Shown: piece after piece, positions 37,585-47,141 of the stretch
Position numbering within the stretch: position 1 is the stretch's first letter
Layout of the letters: every line of letters starts with the position of its first letter
Origin: Candidatus Zixiibacteriota bacterium
GTDB lineage: Bacteria; Zixibacteria; MSB-5A5; UBA10806; 4484-95
Length of the DNA stretch: 64,000 nt
Assembly: GCA_037441845.1 (NCBI GenBank)
Contig: JBBIRK010000003.1
Location: 271,711 to 335,710, forward strand
Direction of reading: 5' to 3'
Notes under the pieces: model-generated
The model's input: the letters and a program-made list of their open reading frames with translations, nothing else
Told to the model about the DNA's origin: nothing
Databases searched by the model: none
Position numbers and translations under genes: made by a program

Positions 37585-38208
37585 ATGCGCCTGGTTATCG
37601 ATCGAGTCAGCAAATCTTTTCGGTCGCGAAACGTTTTCCGTGACATTAGCGCCGAAGTCAGAAATGGTCAGGTGCTCGGCATTATCGGTCCCAATGGTTC
37701 CGGAAAATCGACTTTGATAAAGATCACGGCCTCACTTATGCGCGCATCGCAGGGCAAAGTAGAATTCGAAATCGATGGGAAAATCATCAACGGCCCCGAT
37801 ATCAGACCATACATAGGAATGGTTTCCCCCGATTTATTCCTTTATGACGAATTGACCGCTTTCGAAAATGCCGTATTTTTTGCCCGCATGAGCGGCCTTC
37901 GATTATCGGATACGAGGGGTCTATTCGATGAATTCGGGCTTTCTGGGCGGGAACACGATCTGGTCCGGTCCTATTCCTCGGGCATGAAACAAAGACTGAA
38001 ATTGCTGATCGCAGCGCAACGAAATCCGGCGCTCATGCTTCTGGATGAACCCTCAAACAATCTCGATGACGCGGGCAAAGCTCTTGTGCGGAAATTGATA
38101 GATGGTCGTCAAGGAATCACGGTCATGGCAAGCAATGATAAATCGGAGGTGCAGGATGCGGCGGTCATCATCGACTTGGCCCACCCGCTCCCTGGCGGTT
38201 CTCGCTAA
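37585..38208 (+). CDS. ccmA: Heme ABC exporter ATP-binding subunit CcmA
   Basis: GPNGSGKST, YSSGMKQR, LLDEP; first gene of the ccm cluster. Confidence 0.88.
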   Translation: MRLVIDRVSKSFRSRNVFRDISAEVRNGQVLGIIGPNGSGKSTLIKITASLMRASQGKVEFEIDGKIINGPDIRPYIGMVSPDLFLYDELTAFENAVFFARMSGLRLSDTRGLFDEFGLSGREHDLVRSYSSGMKQRLKLLIAAQRNPALMLLDEPSNNLDDAGKALVRKLIDGRQGITVMASNDKSEVQDAAVIIDLAHPLPGGSR

Positions 38209-38842
38209 AGACATCAAGAGCGAATTGAGGACGCGCTATGCAGTCGGGGCTATTGTGATGTTCGCTGCGGTGACGGTTGTGGCCGTGGGATTCTCTTTGG
38301 GCGGGATCGCGCTCGATACCAATTTGCAGGCGATAATGCTTTGGCTTTCGATATATTTCGCATCGGCGGCAGGATTAGGGCAAGGTTTTATCAAAGAGGA
38401 GGAAGCCAAGACTTCACTTTCGCTCCGTATTTATGCTCCCTCCGGCGCGGTGTATAATGGTAAGCTCTTGTTCAATTTAATCATCCTTACAGGATTGGGA
38501 TTGCTCATCGTGCCGCTATTCGCGCTCTTGATAGGTCTGAACGTGGTTTCCTATAGCTTGTTCCTGACGATCTTGACGGCCGGCTTGATCGGACTTGCCT
38601 GCACAACTACGTTGATAGCAGCAATAGTGGCCAGAGCGGCGGTTAAAGGCACATTGTTTACCGTATTGGCGTTCCCGATTATATTACCGCTGCTGATTTT
38701 GGCCGTAAAAGGCACGCAGAAAGCGATGTCCGCCGGCGCTCGTTTTTCGGATGGCTTGGGTGAACTGCAAGGTTTGTCCTCGTATTCGGTGGTGATGCTG
38801 ATCGCCGGGATGCTGCTGTTCGATTATGTATGGAATGATTGA
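38156..38842 (+). CDS. ccmB: Heme exporter permease CcmB
   Basis: KDIKSELRTR, FIKEEE, LAFPIILPLL; about 6 TM segments; ATG after GGAGG. Confidence 0.88.
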   Translation: MRRSSSTWPTRSLAVLAKDIKSELRTRYAVGAIVMFAAVTVVAVGFSLGGIALDTNLQAIMLWLSIYFASAAGLGQGFIKEEEAKTSLSLRIYAPSGAVYNGKLLFNLIILTGLGLLIVPLFALLIGLNVVSYSLFLTILTAGLIGLACTTTLIAAIVARAAVKGTLFTVLAFPIILPLLILAVKGTQKAMSAGARFSDGLGELQGLSSYSVVMLIAGMLLFDYVWND

Positions 38843-38920
38843 GCTGTTATTCGACATTCCGATACGGTTTCCGTATCGCGCGATTGACTGGAACATTCCC
38901 GATAAATGGCAGGTTAATTA

Positions 38921-39589
38921 ATGCACATGATCTGGAAATTGTTGGTTTTTGTTTTATTTATTTGGGTGATTGTGGGTGCCTGGCTGTTCGAGCCGCCGAT
39001 GATGGGAGTTGAGGGACCGGAGGTTTATCGCATCTTTTATTTTCACGTGCCGGTGGCTTTGGTGACGTTTTTCGCTTATGGTTTGGCGATGTACAATGGT
39101 TTGATGTATCTGAACAATCGCCGACTCGAGTATGACAGCAGATCGGCTCTGGCCGCCGCTTTGGGCACGATATTTTGCGCGCTGGCTACTCTGAGTGGAT
39201 CGGTATTCGCCAAATTCGCCTGGGGATCATTTTGGAATTGGGATCCGCGGGAGACGTCGATTGTTGTATTGCTGCTTGTTTACCTTGCTTATTTCGCCTT
39301 GAGATCGGCGGTAATCGATGCTGAACGTAAGGCGGCGTTATCGGCGGTTTACTCCATCCTCGGATTTATTTCGGCCGTATTTACCATATTTATCTGGCCC
39401 CGACTGACTCCCGGACTTCACCCGGGCGCTCCGGGAGATTCCTCGGGGAGATTCATTTCCATGTCTACTACCGCCACCATAGTTTTTATTCCATCTCTTT
39501 TGGCGTTTATAATTCTATTCGTATGGATGTATCTCTTGTCCGTAAGAATCAATCGGCTCGAGCAAGATCGGGCTGAAAGGGAGACTTAA
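38921..39589 (+). CDS. ccmC: Cytochrome c biogenesis protein CcmC
   Basis: RIFYFHVP, WGSFWNWDPRET (WWD motif), LHP. Confidence 0.93.
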   Translation: MHMIWKLLVFVLFIWVIVGAWLFEPPMMGVEGPEVYRIFYFHVPVALVTFFAYGLAMYNGLMYLNNRRLEYDSRSALAAALGTIFCALATLSGSVFAKFAWGSFWNWDPRETSIVVLLLVYLAYFALRSAVIDAERKAALSAVYSILGFISAVFTIFIWPRLTPGLHPGAPGDSSGRFISMSTTATIVFIPSLLAFIILFVWMYLLSVRINRLEQDRAERET

Positions 39590-39697
39590 ATGACTGTTTA
39601 TGTTCCCATGCTGGTTTCGATCGGAATATGGCTTGCGTTGTGGCTCTATCTATTAAGGCTCGAGCGCAAAGTCAAGAAGCTGGAGAAACATGGTTAG
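39590..39697 (+). CDS. ccmD: CcmD family small membrane protein (35 aa, below the ORF-track cutoff)
   Basis: MTVYVPMLVSIGIWLALWLYLLRLERKVKKLEKHG: one TM plus a basic tail; abuts the ccmC stop and overlaps ccmE. Confidence 0.82.
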   Translation: MTVYVPMLVSIGIWLALWLYLLRLERKVKKLEKHG

Positions 39698-40079
39698 AAA
39701 ATATCGCATGATCATCGGCTTGGCGGCCATAGTCATTTTCGGGGCGCTCGGAATATGGTCGCTTACGACGACCGCTACACCATATGTGGGATTCGCGAAA
39801 GCCCGTACTCATAATGGCGACGTTCAGGTGCTCGGCAAAGTTGAGCACGACCGAACGACTTATGATGACTCATCGAAAGCGCTCGTGTTCTACATTATCG
39901 ATGAAAACGGCGATAGGATGGAGGTGCGCTATACGGGCACCCGGCCGGGAAATTTCGAACAGGCCGAATCGGTGGTATGCGTAGGGCGCTATCGTGACGG
40001 CGTTTTCCATGCCAACAATTTACTGATCAAATGTCCGTCTAAATACGAGGGGACGGAATTCAGAAAGAAAGGCGCTTGA
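39690..40079 (+). CDS. ccmE: Heme chaperone CcmE, Cys (CxxxY) type
   Basis: N-terminal TM, VRYTGTRPGNFE, LLIKCPSKY. Confidence 0.92.
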   Translation: MVRKYRMIIGLAAIVIFGALGIWSLTTTATPYVGFAKARTHNGDVQVLGKVEHDRTTYDDSSKALVFYIIDENGDRMEVRYTGTRPGNFEQAESVVCVGRYRDGVFHANNLLIKCPSKYEGTEFRKKGA

Positions 40080-42256
40080 TGATTTTGGGCGCGTATATGA
40101 TCTCGCTGGCTGCTGCGGCCGGAATCCTGTCGTTTTATGGATATTTTCGGGTTGCCCGCGGCAATATGGTTTATGTTCTGGCGGCGCGCTGGTCTTATTA
40201 CGTGATGACCATACTTATCTTGATAAGCGCCGCGTTGCTTGTAGGCTATTTGATAGGTGACCGATTCGACTTCGCCTATGTCTCGAGTTATTCCTCGATT
40301 TCGCTTCCGATCAATTTCAAAATATCCTCGCTTTGGGCCGGGCAGGAAGGTTCCTTTTTGCTCTGGATGGTGATGGCTGTTCTTCTCGGGCTTTGGGTGA
40401 AAAGGAAAGCGGCAGATCAGGTCGGCTGGGTAATGTTTTTCTTTTTGATAGCACTCGGATTCTTGATGACCCTGCTGTTGATCTCTTCGCCTTTCAAAAT
40501 CCAGCATCCGGTCCCTGCCGACGGCCGCGGCTTAAATCCGCTGCTGCAAAATTATTGGATGCAGATTCATCCGCCGATCGTGTTTCTCGGCTTTGCTTCG
40601 ACTTTCATTCCATTCGCATTTGCTATGGCGGCGCTGGTGAGCCGAAAATACGATAATTGGGTTAAGCTCACTTTTCCCTGGGCTATTCTTTCGGTATGCA
40701 CGTTAGGCGCCGGCACTTTTTTGGGTGGATATTGGGCTTACGAAACGTTGGGCTGGGGTGGTTATTGGGCCTGGGATCCGGTTGAAAACGCCATTCTGGT
40801 TCCCTGGTTGGGGAGTATCGCCTTGGTGCACGGCATGGTTCTCGAGCGGACTCGCGGGACATTCCGCAAAATCAACTTGTTCTTGGCGATCACCGCCTTC
40901 TTGATGACTATTTACGGAACATTCTTGACTCGCTCCGGCGTGCTGGCCGATTTTTCGGTTCATTCGTTCGTTGACCTTGGATATACCGCATATCTCGTCC
41001 TATTCTTGCTCGGTTTCACCGTCGTTTCATACGGATTACTGTTATTCAGAGCTAAAACGATACCCGCATCGCAGCCCGCCAAATCGCCCTTGAGCCGGGA
41101 ATTCGCGGTTTATCTTGGCATGCTGTTCATAATCGTATCGGGATTTCTGGTGCTTATCGGGATGTCGGCGCCTCTATTGACCCGCATTTGGGGTGACCCA
41201 TCGGCGGTGGCTATCGACTATTATATCAAGACTAATCTGCCGATCGGCATCATTATCGGGATCGCTATCGGAATGGCGCCGCTGCTCGGTTGGCGTTCGG
41301 CGACCTGGCAGTCTATCAGAGTTCGTTTTATTTGGTCGGTCGTAGGTGCTTTGGTGTCGGTGCTTGTGGGCGCTGTCTTGGCGATCAGGAATCCCGCTTA
41401 TCTGGCATTTCTTTTCACCAGCGCTTTCGCCTTAATGACAAACAGCTGGCAGTTAATAGATCAATTACGCAAGGGTAATCGATCCATTCAAGCCGATTTG
41501 GTCCATGTCGGGGTGGCGTTAATGTTTATCGGGGTAATTGCTTCATCCGCTTATTCGTCGCAACGCAAAATCAGCATCGAGCAGGGTTCGGAAGCCGATG
41601 CTTTCGGTTTTGCGGTCAAATTCCATGGCGCCGACCAACTGTCTCCGGAAAAAACCAGGGCTAATCTTACGGTCGATGGAGGTTCATCGATTTTCGCCGC
41701 CACTCCCGTGTTTCTGCAAAGCAATCAGGGACTGGTCCGTAATCCTTTCATAAAAAAATTCCTGTTTTATGACTTGTATATTTCGCCCGAGGAAATCAAA
41801 TCGGCGGCTGCGAATCAAGACAACGCCCTAATCCTGGCCAAGGGCGAGACCGGCAATATCGGAGGACTTAAAGTAACCTTCAATCGTTTCGATGTCGGCA
41901 CGCATATGGAAGGTGGGATGATGCAGATCGGGGCCGACCTCATGGTGGAGACCGCCGACGGTAAGAAGCAAACGCTGGTTCCCAAATTTATCGCCTCTGG
42001 CGAAAATCCCGGATATATTCCCGCGGCCATAGAGGGCGATAGCCGCCGGATTTACTTGCTTAAAATCAGCGCCGATCAGGGGCTGATCATGATCGGCTTG
42101 ACCGACAAGGAGAGCGCCGCCGAATTCGAAGACAAGTTGACGATCGTGCTTGACGTGGGGATAAAGCCGCTCATCAATTTTGTTTGGCTCGGTTTGATCT
42201 TGATTGTTGTGGGTGCAGGGTGGTCGACCGTAAGACGAATCCGAGAGATCAGATGA
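40079..42256 (+). CDS. ccmF: Cytochrome c heme lyase CcmF
   Basis: WAGQEGS, GLNPLLQ..MQIHPP, WGGYWAWDPVEN, SVHSF, KPLINFVWLG. Confidence 0.96.
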   Translation: MILGAYMISLAAAAGILSFYGYFRVARGNMVYVLAARWSYYVMTILILISAALLVGYLIGDRFDFAYVSSYSSISLPINFKISSLWAGQEGSFLLWMVMAVLLGLWVKRKAADQVGWVMFFFLIALGFLMTLLLISSPFKIQHPVPADGRGLNPLLQNYWMQIHPPIVFLGFASTFIPFAFAMAALVSRKYDNWVKLTFPWAILSVCTLGAGTFLGGYWAYETLGWGGYWAWDPVENAILVPWLGSIALVHGMVLERTRGTFRKINLFLAITAFLMTIYGTFLTRSGVLADFSVHSFVDLGYTAYLVLFLLGFTVVSYGLLLFRAKTIPASQPAKSPLSREFAVYLGMLFIIVSGFLVLIGMSAPLLTRIWGDPSAVAIDYYIKTNLPIGIIIGIAIGMAPLLGWRSATWQSIRVRFIWSVVGALVSVLVGAVLAIRNPAYLAFLFTSAFALMTNSWQLIDQLRKGNRSIQADLVHVGVALMFIGVIASSAYSSQRKISIEQGSEADAFGFAVKFHGADQLSPEKTRANLTVDGGSSIFAATPVFLQSNQGLVRNPFIKKFLFYDLYISPEEIKSAAANQDNALILAKGETGNIGGLKVTFNRFDVGTHMEGGMMQIGADLMVETADGKKQTLVPKFIASGENPGYIPAAIEGDSRRIYLLKISADQGLIMIGLTDKESAAEFEDKLTIVLDVGIKPLINFVWLGLILIVVGAGWSTVRRIREIR

Positions 42257-42280
42257 AGCGGAGGATCGAGCTGTCGCCGA

Positions 42281-43993
42281 TCAGCGATCGCCTAATGAAA
42301 TATCCCCCAAATCGGTTTCCCAGCGCGACCTTATAATTATGCTGTCCGGATATTGGAATAGCGGTTCGGCGAAATGAAATGGATCGTGTCTGCCCGCATT
42401 ATAGCGGCCGTCACCGTCGACATCTTCCAAAATCGTCATCCGATATGTCCCCGGGTATAACCCCCCTAAAATGAACCGGCCGTCCGGTCCGCAGGTGGCT
42501 GATATGGTGTCCGGGGTCTTATCCGCCAGTCGAACGATATACTTGTAATCTCGATTTCCGCCGATCACTCTACCGCTTAGCTCGCCGAAAGTGTCTGCAG
42601 GGGCCACAATATATTTGAAAGAAATAAGCGAATCCCCCATGGAGTTGCCTGACGGATCTATTATCTTGCTTTGATCTATTTTCAAAGTGTTGGGCCGCCC
42701 GGGAACGAAAGAGGGTTGCAAGACCGCCTTGTTCATGCTTTGCCAGCGGCTGATATGGGTTATGGCAATTCCGGCGGAATCGACGAAAAACAAGGCATCG
42801 AATGCGGCGGCGGTGTCTATCGCCTCGGAAAACAGTAATTCGAAAACGGTATTCGATTTAATCGCCTTGGCCGATTGTCCGGGTTTGATTAAGTTGATTT
42901 TCGGGCGGATCGTATCGATCGATCCGGCGGTGAATCTTTGGGTCAATGATTCTGCGATTGTTTTCGAACTGGACAGCAAATTTCTGCAGTCGATCCTATA
43001 ATTCTGATTCGGAATCAGGTGAAGCCCGCCGAGGTGAATGATTTTATGCGCATCATCTACGAAGATGGAATAATCGGGGATGATCCCGGGGGCCTGATCG
43101 CCGACCGATGCAATTTTGAAATTCGCGGTGTTCAGTGCCGACTCCTCATCCAACCTGCTTGAAAATTCCAATTCGATTTTCGTGGAATCGAGGGGGGCAA
43201 TTTTGCTTATTTGCGGCGGAAGCGTATCCCTTTCGACCAGAGTAAGTCGAATTGGCGGCGATAAGCTCGTATCCGTGCCGATTAGCGCGATTTTCGAGGG
43301 GATCGCAAGCTTTTCCGAGGGCGGTGACCAGAATTGATTCTTGTTTTTATCGTTCACCGCAACCACCAAATACTCGCCCGGGCTGACATAATCGAAACGA
43401 AACTCGCCGAGGCTGTCGGCCTGGGTGATATAATCCGGCAATCGCCTGAAAAATTTCTCGTCGCTTGAGCCGAGCGAGTAAGCCCAGATATCAATGACTT
43501 CGCCTGAGGCTCCGCCTATAATACTACCTCTGATGACTCCTTTATTTATTTCAGGGCCGGTTGAAAAGGGGAAAGAGATCGATTTTCCGAGGGCGTTTCC
43601 CCGTATGTCCTTGGCCGATGAACCTATGGTGATAACGTAGGTCGTGTTCCGGCGCAAGGTTTCCGGCATGACTATTTCGAGCTTTTTGCCGTGCCATTTG
43701 AATGTAGGATAATCGAATGGCAGGGGGGAAACGAAAACCACTTTCTCCGTCAACTCATGGTTCATCTCCTTGCTGAAAATCACATTGATTGCGGCATTTT
43801 GCGGAACATTGGCAGTCCCCTCGGACGGGCTGACCGCCAAGATTTGCGGCGGCTTTTTATCCTCTGGGCCGCCTGGAGGAGCCTCGATTTGGGCGCAGCG
43901 CACGGTAAAAATCACCGAAAATATCGGCAAAGCCCAGAAATAGAATTTGAAAAACCTTCGTGATAATGAACCGTTCTGTCTCACGGAATTCAT
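42281..43993 (-). CDS. Ig-like (Big_5-type) domain putative lipoprotein
   Basis: Hydrophobic leader then CAQIEAPPGGPEDKKPP, repeated D-T-x-P-P...FS modules, DxNxN/DxDGDG loops. Confidence 0.75.
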   Translation of the reverse strand: MNSVRQNGSLSRRFFKFYFWALPIFSVIFTVRCAQIEAPPGGPEDKKPPQILAVSPSEGTANVPQNAAINVIFSKEMNHELTEKVVFVSPLPFDYPTFKWHGKKLEIVMPETLRRNTTYVITIGSSAKDIRGNALGKSISFPFSTGPEINKGVIRGSIIGGASGEVIDIWAYSLGSSDEKFFRRLPDYITQADSLGEFRFDYVSPGEYLVVAVNDKNKNQFWSPPSEKLAIPSKIALIGTDTSLSPPIRLTLVERDTLPPQISKIAPLDSTKIELEFSSRLDEESALNTANFKIASVGDQAPGIIPDYSIFVDDAHKIIHLGGLHLIPNQNYRIDCRNLLSSSKTIAESLTQRFTAGSIDTIRPKINLIKPGQSAKAIKSNTVFELLFSEAIDTAAAFDALFFVDSAGIAITHISRWQSMNKAVLQPSFVPGRPNTLKIDQSKIIDPSGNSMGDSLISFKYIVAPADTFGELSGRVIGGNRDYKYIVRLADKTPDTISATCGPDGRFILGGLYPGTYRMTILEDVDGDGRYNAGRHDPFHFAEPLFQYPDSIIIRSRWETDLGDISLGDR

Positions 43994-44050
43994 GATTTGA
44001 GCGAGAGCAACATCAATTTGCCGGCTGCCGGCGGTGATCCTCGGTGTTCG

Positions 44051-45766
44051 CTACTTCTTCAGCTTGTTTCTGATTGTTTCATTGTTCGGGTTCAATTCGA
44101 GTGCACGTTGCCAACTTTCCCTGGCTTTTTCCGAATTGTTCAATGCGGCGTATATATCGCCGAGATGATCGAACAACTCAGCCTCGTCGCTTTCGGACTC
44201 GATCGCCCTTTGTTGATACTCGAGGGCTTTCTTGAACTTGCCCATTTTATACATTACCCAGGCATAACTGTCAAGATACGCCCCCATATTCGGCCTTATT
44301 CCCAGTGCCTTTTTAATAAGCGACTCCGCTTCTTTCAATTTCACTCCCCGGTCGGCGAACATGAAACCGAGATAATTAAGGGCAGCGTCATGATCAGGGG
44401 AGAGCTTCAACAACTTGCGAAACTCCGTTTCCGCCTCGTCGTATCTGCCGGTTCTTTCATAGGCGGCGCCCAGACTGAACATAGCGGCTTGGTTGGTGGG
44501 ATCCGCATCTAAAATCCTGCGATAGTAATCGACGGCTTCGGCGAAACGCTGATTTTGACTCAGAATCGCGCCCTTATAAAATATGAATCGTAATGACTCA
44601 TCCGGCGATGCTTGAATGGCCGTATCGAGTGTCGCCAACGCCCATTCGATCTCCTGCATTTGATTGCGAACCTGAGCCAGCCCGAGCCATGCTTCTATTA
44701 GTGTATCATCCAGCGACAAAGTGGCTTTGAACAGGGATTCGGCCCGAACGAAGTTGGAATCGTATTGTGCGACCCGGGCCATGTAATAAGTAAGGATTGG
44801 GTCATCAGCGACTTTAGTCGCCAGATTCCCCATAATCGAATCGGATTCAGCGAAATCACCTTTCGAAAAAAGCATGAGCGCCAACCGGCGGGCGGTAAGA
44901 TAATCGTCGGGGAAAAGCTCGGTAATCCGTCTGGTCAAATTGATCGCCCCTTCGATATTGCCCAGCCGTATCAAACTCTGGCTGATTATCGACAGCAACT
45001 GGACTTGATCCCAACGCAAGGATGCCAACGCCATGTATATGCTGTCGGCCCGAGCGGTATCACCTCGCATCTCGTATATTGCGGCAAGTCCGAGATAACC
45101 GCGGTCATCATCGGGGAAACTGGCGATATGCTGCCTAAAAATATGTACGGCTTTATCCAGCTGACCGGTTTCCATATAGAACGAGGCCAAATCATACCAC
45201 CATCGTGAGGAGGTCGTGTCTTCTCCGATATACCGCCGAAAATAAATTTCGGCTTTGTCGAATTCCCTCTTTTTGGCATAATGCGAACTTAAATATCGAT
45301 TGGCATCCCTGTCCAACGGATCGATTTTCGCGATGGTCTTGAAAATTTCGAGTGCGGATTTACGATTCCCGCTGCGTTCGTGGCAAACGGCCAGCAGCCT
45401 CATATCATCGATCGTCTGCGAATTTATCTTGGCCGCCACATCGATAGCCTCGTCGAATCTATTCAACCGATAATAGACGCTTGCCAGCGATCTCTTGATC
45501 TCATCAGCAGTCGGATCATAAACGAGCGCCAATCGGTATTCGTCGGCCGCCTTTTCGAAGTTGCCGATTTTTTCGAAGATGTCGCCTTTGGTGAAATGAT
45601 CCACTGCATAGCCACGGGATATTAGATCCTTATTCGTTTCCGAACCGCCGGTTTCGATGGTCCTGTTTCGCGCGGCGCCGGCGCAGGAAATGCCGAATAA
45701 TATACTTCCGACGAAAAATGCGGCGGTTACCGTTTCAAGATATGTTTTAGACGAACTCAGTCTCAT
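44051..45766 (-). CDS. TPR-rich putative lipoprotein
   Basis: Leader ending FGISC; many TPRs; ALNYLGFMFAD..AYLDSYAWV..ELFDHLGD; ATGA overlap with the upstream gene. Confidence 0.85.
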   Translation of the reverse strand: MRLSSSKTYLETVTAAFFVGSILFGISCAGAARNRTIETGGSETNKDLISRGYAVDHFTKGDIFEKIGNFEKAADEYRLALVYDPTADEIKRSLASVYYRLNRFDEAIDVAAKINSQTIDDMRLLAVCHERSGNRKSALEIFKTIAKIDPLDRDANRYLSSHYAKKREFDKAEIYFRRYIGEDTTSSRWWYDLASFYMETGQLDKAVHIFRQHIASFPDDDRGYLGLAAIYEMRGDTARADSIYMALASLRWDQVQLLSIISQSLIRLGNIEGAINLTRRITELFPDDYLTARRLALMLFSKGDFAESDSIMGNLATKVADDPILTYYMARVAQYDSNFVRAESLFKATLSLDDTLIEAWLGLAQVRNQMQEIEWALATLDTAIQASPDESLRFIFYKGAILSQNQRFAEAVDYYRRILDADPTNQAAMFSLGAAYERTGRYDEAETEFRKLLKLSPDHDAALNYLGFMFADRGVKLKEAESLIKKALGIRPNMGAYLDSYAWVMYKMGKFKKALEYQQRAIESESDEAELFDHLGDIYAALNNSEKARESWQRALELNPNNETIRNKLKK

Positions 45767-46653
45767 AAGTTGACGATTACCCATTCTATGTTATTCATAT
45801 CGGCGCAGCCGGCGTTTGCTTTGCCTGCGGTCTGAATATGAATCGGCTCTCTGCCTGCATCTTTTAACAACGGCAGTCCCGCTTTTGTTCTGAGCCTATC
45901 GACGATTGCATGTGCGATCGTGTCCGCCGCGACAGCGTCTAAAGATAATAGCACCGAACCGTAAGTAGCGCTCCAACGTTCTATGAACCCAGGACCCCCG
46001 TTATACTGGATCCTGCTGGCGTCGATTATCGCCAGCCGCTGTTTGCCTTTGACCAAGTCCATTTCATAGAGGTCGGCCAGATATGGATCGCACAGGTTGT
46101 CATGATATTTATTGGGATTATGAATCACGCCGTAGTAGTTTTTCAAACATCCCGAAAGCCCGGCCAGCGAGTGATCCTTGAGCACCGCGAAATTGACGGC
46201 AGCCGATATCATCTTGGCCTGTATTCGCGAAAACATGGAACCGATGCTTTTATTAACCGAAAGTTTGCTATCGAATCCTACCCCTGAGGTATCGGTCGCC
46301 ATACATCTAATATCCGACCCCGTCGTCTTAATATCGAATCCAGCCCGCTTGAGTTCGGCCTCTCGGCGATCCCAGATTATGATGTTTCCTTTCTTAATCC
46401 CCCTTGCCGCTATAGTCTCCGCCAGAGCCATCGTCAATGCCGGAGAGGTTGACATCTGCCTGCCGGCAAGAGCGTTCACCTTGATTCCTACGATGTCGGA
46501 AGGTTCGAAAATGTTTTCGAGGAGGTCCCAGCCGACTCCGGTTGGGCTTAAATTGTCCAGGCCGGCGGCGATCATTTTCCTGGCTTCGTCGAGCCTTATC
46601 GGCTGGTTTCCGATGGCACTCGAGTGAATCTCGACCACTTTTATTTTAGGCAT
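45763..46653 (-). CDS. DUF362 domain protein
   Basis: DIVGIKVN, IIIWDR, LKDHSLAGLSGCLKNYYG, DAVAAD. Confidence 0.85.
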   Translation of the reverse strand: MPKIKVVEIHSSAIGNQPIRLDEARKMIAAGLDNLSPTGVGWDLLENIFEPSDIVGIKVNALAGRQMSTSPALTMALAETIAARGIKKGNIIIWDRREAELKRAGFDIKTTGSDIRCMATDTSGVGFDSKLSVNKSIGSMFSRIQAKMISAAVNFAVLKDHSLAGLSGCLKNYYGVIHNPNKYHDNLCDPYLADLYEMDLVKGKQRLAIIDASRIQYNGGPGFIERWSATYGSVLLSLDAVAADTIAHAIVDRLRTKAGLPLLKDAGREPIHIQTAGKANAGCADMNNIEWVIVNL

Positions 46654-46798
46654 AGGGGAATATTAGTTACGAAAAAAGGAATTGTCAATTCGGGTTTCTT
46701 GCGGGTTAAATGCGGCCCGCCTATTGCAAAAATTCGATTGAAAACAAGAAATCCGCTGCCAAGAGCATTATGGGTGAAATAACTTTCCCCAACATTCC

Positions 46799-46827
46799 TT
46801 GACCGCCACCGATATAATAAATATATT
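46799..46827 (+). promoter_or_regulatory. Sigma70-type promoter of the tRNA pair
   Basis: TTGACC-N17-TATATT, 15 nt before tRNA-Pro. Confidence 0.5.
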
Positions 46828-46842
46828 CCGGTCAAATAATCG

Positions 46843-46917
46843 CGGGGTGTAGCGCAGCCTGGTCAGCGCGCTTGCTTTGGGAGCAAGATGTCGGAGGTTC
46901 AAATCCTCTCACCCCGA
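46843..46917 (+). tRNA. tRNA-Pro(TGG)
   Basis: Acceptor CGGGGTG/CACCCCG, anticodon arm CTTGC-TTTGGGA-GCAAG. Confidence 0.96.
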
Positions 46918-46924
46918 TCGCCGA

Positions 46925-46998
<74 letters not shown>

Positions 46999-47141
46999 TT
47001 ATTTCATAGATTTCGCTCTCTATGACATCGCCATCGATTTTACTCAAGGTTTTTATCAAATCCGCATAAATTCGCTTGAAAAATAATTTGGGCTATTCTA
47101 TATAGTGCTCATATGAGCAGATATCACGCGGAGTGCAACCG

